The notes below the pieces were generated by a model that was not told the DNA's origin, did not search any database, and saw only the letters and a program-made list of their open reading frames with translations. A DNA stretch of 64,000 bases, taken from positions 8,773 to 72,772 of the forward strand of contig CAZVDD010000015.1 in NCBI GenBank assembly GCA_964626075.1, written 5' to 3'. This stretch comes from an uncultured bacterium. Its GTDB lineage: Bacteria; Hydrothermota; Tepidihabitantia; Tepidihabitantales; Tepidihabitantaceae. The position numbers and the translations under genes are program-made. Shown here one piece after another: positions 59,001-64,000 of the stretch. Within the stretch, counting starts at the first letter, position 1, and each line of letters begins with the position of its first letter.

Positions 59001-59281
59001 CAGGAGATTATAAAACACCGCAGAGGGAAATCAAGGGGGGATACCGGGAACAGTTCCGAGGAGGGGGAGGGGGCTACCCTAAAACAGCAGGACTAATTTT
59101 TCATATTGTTGCCAACCGTATGTAAAAATGTAAGTTAGGATGGCAGTCTTGATAAAAAGGGAAGTTTGGGCGTTAATTTTCTATCTTTTTGGGGTCTAAA
59201 AGATGGGGCGGTTAAAAGGGGGAGGGAAAAGAGGCGGTTTTGTGCTTGACAACAGATGGTTAATGGTAATACTCAAAACCG

Positions 59282-61222
59282 GTGGCACGCAAGAAAAAAG
59301 GGACGCCCAAGCCGATGTTGAAACCGCCGCCCTCAAAACCGGAGGGCAAAAGCACAGTTGTTGACTTTTTCCTGGTCATGGGAATTGCAATGGTCTTGCG
59401 GGTTATTTACCTTATTCAGGCGCAGGCAAACGACCCGCTGTTTTTTGCCCCGCAGATGGATGCGCTTTACCATCACCAATGGGCGCAGGCGATTGTTGCT
59501 CGAACCGAGTTTATCGCTGATGCCTATTTCCGGGCACCACTTTATCCGTTTTTTCTTGCCCTGCTGTACAGAATTTTCGGGGTTAATTTATTTGTTGTCC
59601 GGCTGGTGCAAGCGTTACTGGGCGCGGTAAGTTGTGGTTTTCTGTTTCTTATCGGCAAGCGGTTGTTTAACCGGCGTTCTGGACTGGCTGTTGGGTTGCT
59701 GATGGCGGTTTATCCTTTGTTTATCTACTTTGATGGCGAGTTGCTGATACCGGTGCTTTTAATTTTTCTCGTCCTTGCCGGATTTGTTGCCTTTTATATC
59801 AGTGAGAGGTTTGACCGATACTGGTACTTACCGGGGTTTGTCTTCGGACTGGCGGCGCTTGCCCGACCCAACATCTTAACTTTTTTAGCCGCTCTTTTCT
59901 GCTGGTTTTTATGGCGTTATCGGGCGGGCTGGTGGCGCCGGGCTGTGCCGTTTTTTCTTGCGGTACTTTTGCCGATTGTGCCGGTCACGGTGCGCAACTA
60001 TGTGAAGAGCGGGCAACTAATTTTGATTGCCTGGCAGGGAGGAACGAACTTTTACATCGGGAACAACGAGTTTTCCGACGGTACCACTGCGATTGTGCCG
60101 GGCACAAGGGGTTCCTGGTGGGGTGGTTACAACGATGTCAAGGTGAGTGCGGAAAGGGCGCTGGGCAGGAGTTTGAAGGGAGCGGAGATTGACCGGTACT
60201 GGATGGCACAGGGGCTAAAGTTCTGGCAGCAAAACCCGGGCCGGGCGCTGCTATTGACCCTGAAAAAGATTTACCTGCTGTTTGCCGGTTATGAGGTGTC
60301 GAACAACCGGGACATCTACTTTTTCAAGCGCTACAGTTTTTTGAATTTTCTCATCTTCGCTTTGCCCTTTTTTAAGTTTCCTTTCGGACTGGTCCTGCCG
60401 CTGGCGCTCGCCGGCTTTTATCTCAGCCGGAATAAATGGCGCTCCCTGCTGCCGGTTTATCTGTTTATCACTGTTTACGGCTTTTCCTTTGTACCGTTTT
60501 TCATCACGGCGCGCTACCGCCTACCCTTGGTGCCGTTCTATCTTCTGGCCGCAGTTGCCGGTATCAGCCAGTGGTGGCAGGTTGGTGCCCAAGAAAGGGT
60601 GCGTGCCGGGTTGATTTTCCTGGTGAGTTTAGCTGTCTTTAACCTTGACATTGCCGGAGCGGGAAGAAAGGCGGACCGGGCGCAGAATCATTTTACCGTG
60701 GCGCTCGGTTACTATGAGAACGGTAAATGGGAACAAGCAAAGAGGGAGATCGAGCAGGCGCTCAAGATTGATTCGGCAACAAACATCGTTGGCTTGGCAA
60801 CAACGGTTTATCTTGCTGAGGGTAAATCGGACGAGGCGCGCCGGCTGGCAGGAAGGTTGGTGCAACTTTATCCGGATGAACCGGAGGCGTTGGGAGTAGC
60901 GGGCAATGTGTATGCCCAGACCGGCGCACTCGATTCCGCTGAGATGATGTTTCGACGGGTCGTGGCACTGGACCCTTATGGGGTTGAGGGCTGGAACAAT
61001 CTTGGCAATATTGTTCTGGTGAAACACCGTTTTGGGGAGGCAAAGGATTTGTACCGCCGGGCGCTAAGTCTGAATCCGGTATTCACCACGGCGCTGTTTT
61101 CTCTTGGTCTGGCTTACTACTACGAAGGTCAGGTTGACTCGGCGCACATTCTTTGGCAGAGGGTTATAACGCTTGACCCGAAATACGAGAAGGCGCGTCA
61201 GGCGTTAAGACGGTTGCGCTGA
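59282..61222 (+). CDS. GT-C (PMT/ArnT-like) glycosyltransferase with C-terminal TPRs
   Basis: DALYHHQWA, PLYPFFLA, LARPN, VTVRNY, NFYIGNN, RYRLP; TPR-like C-terminus. Confidence 0.8.
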   Translation: MARKKKGTPKPMLKPPPSKPEGKSTVVDFFLVMGIAMVLRVIYLIQAQANDPLFFAPQMDALYHHQWAQAIVARTEFIADAYFRAPLYPFFLALLYRIFGVNLFVVRLVQALLGAVSCGFLFLIGKRLFNRRSGLAVGLLMAVYPLFIYFDGELLIPVLLIFLVLAGFVAFYISERFDRYWYLPGFVFGLAALARPNILTFLAALFCWFLWRYRAGWWRRAVPFFLAVLLPIVPVTVRNYVKSGQLILIAWQGGTNFYIGNNEFSDGTTAIVPGTRGSWWGGYNDVKVSAERALGRSLKGAEIDRYWMAQGLKFWQQNPGRALLLTLKKIYLLFAGYEVSNNRDIYFFKRYSFLNFLIFALPFFKFPFGLVLPLALAGFYLSRNKWRSLLPVYLFITVYGFSFVPFFITARYRLPLVPFYLLAAVAGISQWWQVGAQERVRAGLIFLVSLAVFNLDIAGAGRKADRAQNHFTVALGYYENGKWEQAKREIEQALKIDSATNIVGLATTVYLAEGKSDEARRLAGRLVQLYPDEPEALGVAGNVYAQTGALDSAEMMFRRVVALDPYGVEGWNNLGNIVLVKHRFGEAKDLYRRALSLNPVFTTALFSLGLAYYYEGQVDSAHILWQRVITLDPKYEKARQALRRLR

Positions 61223-61270
61223 GGGCGATTTAGAGCGGGCCGACAAACGGCGTAGACTTTTCGGTTTATC

Positions 61271-62510
61271 TTATAGCCGGTGTAATTGGGGGCGGATTGC
61301 GGTTGCCGTAAAAAGGGTAATAAGGACAACTACACCGCTGATAAAGAGGGCAAAGGGCGCGCCTTTTGTCTGCGCCAGCGTACCGGCGATTAAGCTGCCA
61401 ACCGGAAACATCCCGTTGAAAAAGATGTTGAAGACGCTCATCGCCCTTCCCCGAACATAATCTGGCGAGAGGGTTTGAATCAGGGTGTTGGTGAGGGCAG
61501 CGACGCTGGTCTGGCAGAAGCCGATGAAGACAAACAGGATGAGGGCGATATGGGCGTGGCGGACAAGTGAGAGTACCAGAAGGAGGATGCCCAACAAGCC
61601 GGTGCCAGTGATGAGGATTTTACCCCGGTGGCGGGTGCGGCTTAATGTTGCGAGGGTCAAGCCGCCGGTCAGGGCACCGGCACCAAGCGCCGACATCAAG
61701 AAGCCGTAACCCCGGGCACCGAGATTGAGTACATCACGGGCGATAACCGGCATTAAAGGGATGTAACAGATGCCAAAAGAGGAGAAGATGCCGGTCATTA
61801 CCATCAAAATCCGGATATCGGGATGTGATTTTACAAATTTTAATCCAAAACCGACGCGACGGAGAAAAGGTTCGTTAGATTGCGGGGGGTGGTGGGGTGT
61901 TGAGTTTAATGAAGAACAGGGCGATGATGATGGCGAGAAAACTGAGTGCGTTCAGTCCGAAGCAGACCGCTGGACCGGAGAAGGTCAAGATTGAGCCGGC
62001 GAGTGCCGGACCAATCATCCGGGCAAGGTTGAACATTGAGGAGTTGAGGGCGATGGCGTTGAGCATATCCTTTCTTTCGACCAGGTCCGGTACAAGCGTC
62101 TGGGCAACAGGGGCATTGAGTGCAACGAAGATGCCGGCAAAACCGGAGATGAGGAGAATGTGGGTGATGGTGATGATTCGGAACCAGGTGAGCAGGGTAA
62201 GGAGCAGGGCAAACAGGGCAAGGGCAGATTGGGTCACAATCATCAGGTTGCGTTTGTTGAACCGGTCGGCAAGGACACCGGCCGGCAGGGAAACAAACCA
62301 GACCGCAAGCCAGGACAGGGTGGAGTCAAGCCCGACAAAGAACGGTGAGTTGGTGATGGAAAGGACCAGCCAGCCTTTGGCGGTGTTCTGCATCCAGGTG
62401 CCGATAAATGAAACCGTATTGCCCAGCCAGTAGAGGCGGAAGTTGCGGTGTTTGAATGCGGCAAAGGTGGCGGGCAGTGATATTGAAGAGTTTGATTTAC
62501 CTTCGCGCAT
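61271..62510 (-). pseudogene. MFS transporter split by a frameshift
   Basis: Two MFS halves in different frames; junction at a G6 run (61884-61889); removing 1 nt gives PPQSNEPFLRRVGFGLKFVKSHPDIRILMVM. Confidence 0.75.
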
Positions 62511-62564
62511 CAGGTGATGAATTTTACCGATTTTACGGCGTTTGTCTAATTTCTAAAATTGAGG

Positions 62565-64000
62565 TTAAAATCCGCTTGGCAGGTCGCTGATTTTAAAGCC
62601 CAGAGACCAGCGGAAGGCAAAATGGGATTCGCCCGGTTCAGGTTTGCTCTTCCAGAAGGGAAAGTCGGCATAGAGCGGACCCAGTTTAACCCTGATTCCG
62701 GCGTCAAGGCAGGGGGAGAATAGTTTCCGATTTAAGGAGTCGCCAACATTGCCCAGGTCAAAAAAGGGCTGGAGTACGGACAGGGGAAAGGGAAAATCGG
62801 GGGCCGGAAAAAGGAGGTGGATGTTAAGACCGTAGGCAAAGCGGCCATGCCGGTATTGACCGTAGTAGCCCCGGCAATTGACATCGCCATCGTAGTGCCA
62901 GTGTTCCTGTCCGGAGGCAAAACCTTCGTATGCCCAGGAGACCGGTTCTGCGGGCGTGTAAGACAGGCCGCCAGAAAGGTAGAACTCCTCTTGCGGCGGG
63001 GTTGTGCCGAAGATGGTGCCGGCAAAAAGCCGAATTGAGACCGGGATGATTTCAGGGATGAAGACCGTGAGGTTTTCGGTGAGGCTGAATTTTGAGTACT
63101 CAAACTGGGAGAGGAGTTTTTTTTGCCCCTGATTCAGGAGTAGTTCGCCGTTGAGATTGCTGAACGGCGATTGGAGGTTGTGGGCAAGGCGGAAACGGAG
63201 TTCAGCGATGCGGGCAAGTTGCCAGGCACGGGGGTCGCGGCCCGTAGAGTCGAGAAGTTCATAAACACGATAACCAAAGTCAAATTCGGTTTTGGGCGGC
63301 GCAAGTGGGGGCCCAAAGTCGTTGAGCAGATATAAGCGTATGCCCCGGTCGCGAAAGGAGTTGTCGCCGGAGAAATAAATTCGGGACTTAAACGGGTTAA
63401 AAATTATCGGCGTCTGATAGCTGACACCGGTGTGCCAGTCGGATTTAAGGGAGGCGTAGTTTTGGAGGATAACCCAGTTGTGTGCGCCTTTTAACGGTCC
63501 GGCATCGAATAATTTTCTGCCGGCAAGCCAGATGCCAGGTTGAAAGCCGCGGTAGGTGTCAAACCAGAACCAAGGCCCATAAAAAATCTGATAGGTTTCG
63601 AAATCAGGCAGGGCGAAGATGGGTTTAATTTTAAGTTGACGGGGAAAGCGGTTGTTCCAGCGGTTGGCATCAAGAACTTTCTCTTCTGGGTCGAGGTTGA
63701 GGTAAACAAATTTTTGTCCCCGGGGCAGAAGCAGGCAACTGTTTTGCGGCGAGATGGTGTCGATGCGGCAGCGGTTGTCGGCAAACACGGTTTTAAGTTC
63801 GATTGGTAAATTGGCGGCGTTCTGAGCCGAGATAGTAATCTCGGTGTGGTTGTTAATATGACGTACCCGGCGGATGGCAAGGTCGGTTTTACCATCCTGA
63901 CTCAGGAGCCAATTCACGATAACTTCCTTTTCCGGTCCAGCGACCTGGGTAACAGTTGCAAGGAAGGCGGGAGTTGTGGAATGGAGGTTGCGGTTTGTTT
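62565..64000 (-). CDS. C-terminal part of a large exported protein, possibly an M1 peptidase with a beta-rich C-terminus; 5' end outside the window
   Basis: Frame open to the window edge; LDPEEKVLDANRWNN motif; aromatic beta-strand-rich C-terminus. Confidence 0.55.
   Translation of the reverse strand, partial: TNRNLHSTTPAFLATVTQVAGPEKEVIVNWLLSQDGKTDLAIRRVRHINNHTEITISAQNAANLPIELKTVFADNRCRIDTISPQNSCLLLPRGQKFVYLNLDPEEKVLDANRWNNRFPRQLKIKPIFALPDFETYQIFYGPWFWFDTYRGFQPGIWLAGRKLFDAGPLKGAHNWVILQNYASLKSDWHTGVSYQTPIIFNPFKSRIYFSGDNSFRDRGIRLYLLNDFGPPLAPPKTEFDFGYRVYELLDSTGRDPRAWQLARIAELRFRLAHNLQSPFSNLNGELLLNQGQKKLLSQFEYSKFSLTENLTVFIPEIIPVSIRLFAGTIFGTTPPQEEFYLSGGLSYTPAEPVSWAYEGFASGQEHWHYDGDVNCRGYYGQYRHGRFAYGLNIHLLFPAPDFPFPLSVLQPFFDLGNVGDSLNRKLFSPCLDAGIRVKLGPLYADFPFWKSKPEPGESHFAFRWSLGFKISDLPSGF

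Overview
A bacterial chromosomal window of moderate-to-high GC, mostly housekeeping genes (lipB, lpdA, purD, pilB/pilC, queH, rtcB, uvrC, rocD, folP, dacA, ndk, trmFO, mnmA, yggS, tRNA-Ser). It also encodes six secreted proteins with a T9SS/FlgD-like C-terminal domain, including a C25 gingipain-like protease and an M1 aminopeptidase. This gene content suggests an FCB-related candidate phylum such as WOR-3 (inference only). The standout is a probable unannotated secreted selenoprotein (11480..13405, minus strand). Its two ORFs are in frame across a single UGA, the UGA splits a CBM-like domain, and a hairpin closely resembling the E. coli fdhF SECIS starts exactly 11 nt downstream. Other items worth checking: a riboswitch-like leader with a terminator ahead of a GNAT-like gene; two tandem proteins behind pilBC that look like inactivated PD-(D/E)xK nucleases; an AT-rich restriction-modification islet at the tRNA-Ser 3' end; a degenerate Sua5-phosphatase fusion; a family of intergenic repeats; and many apparently leaderless genes. 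All calls come from motif recognition by eye; no database searches were run.
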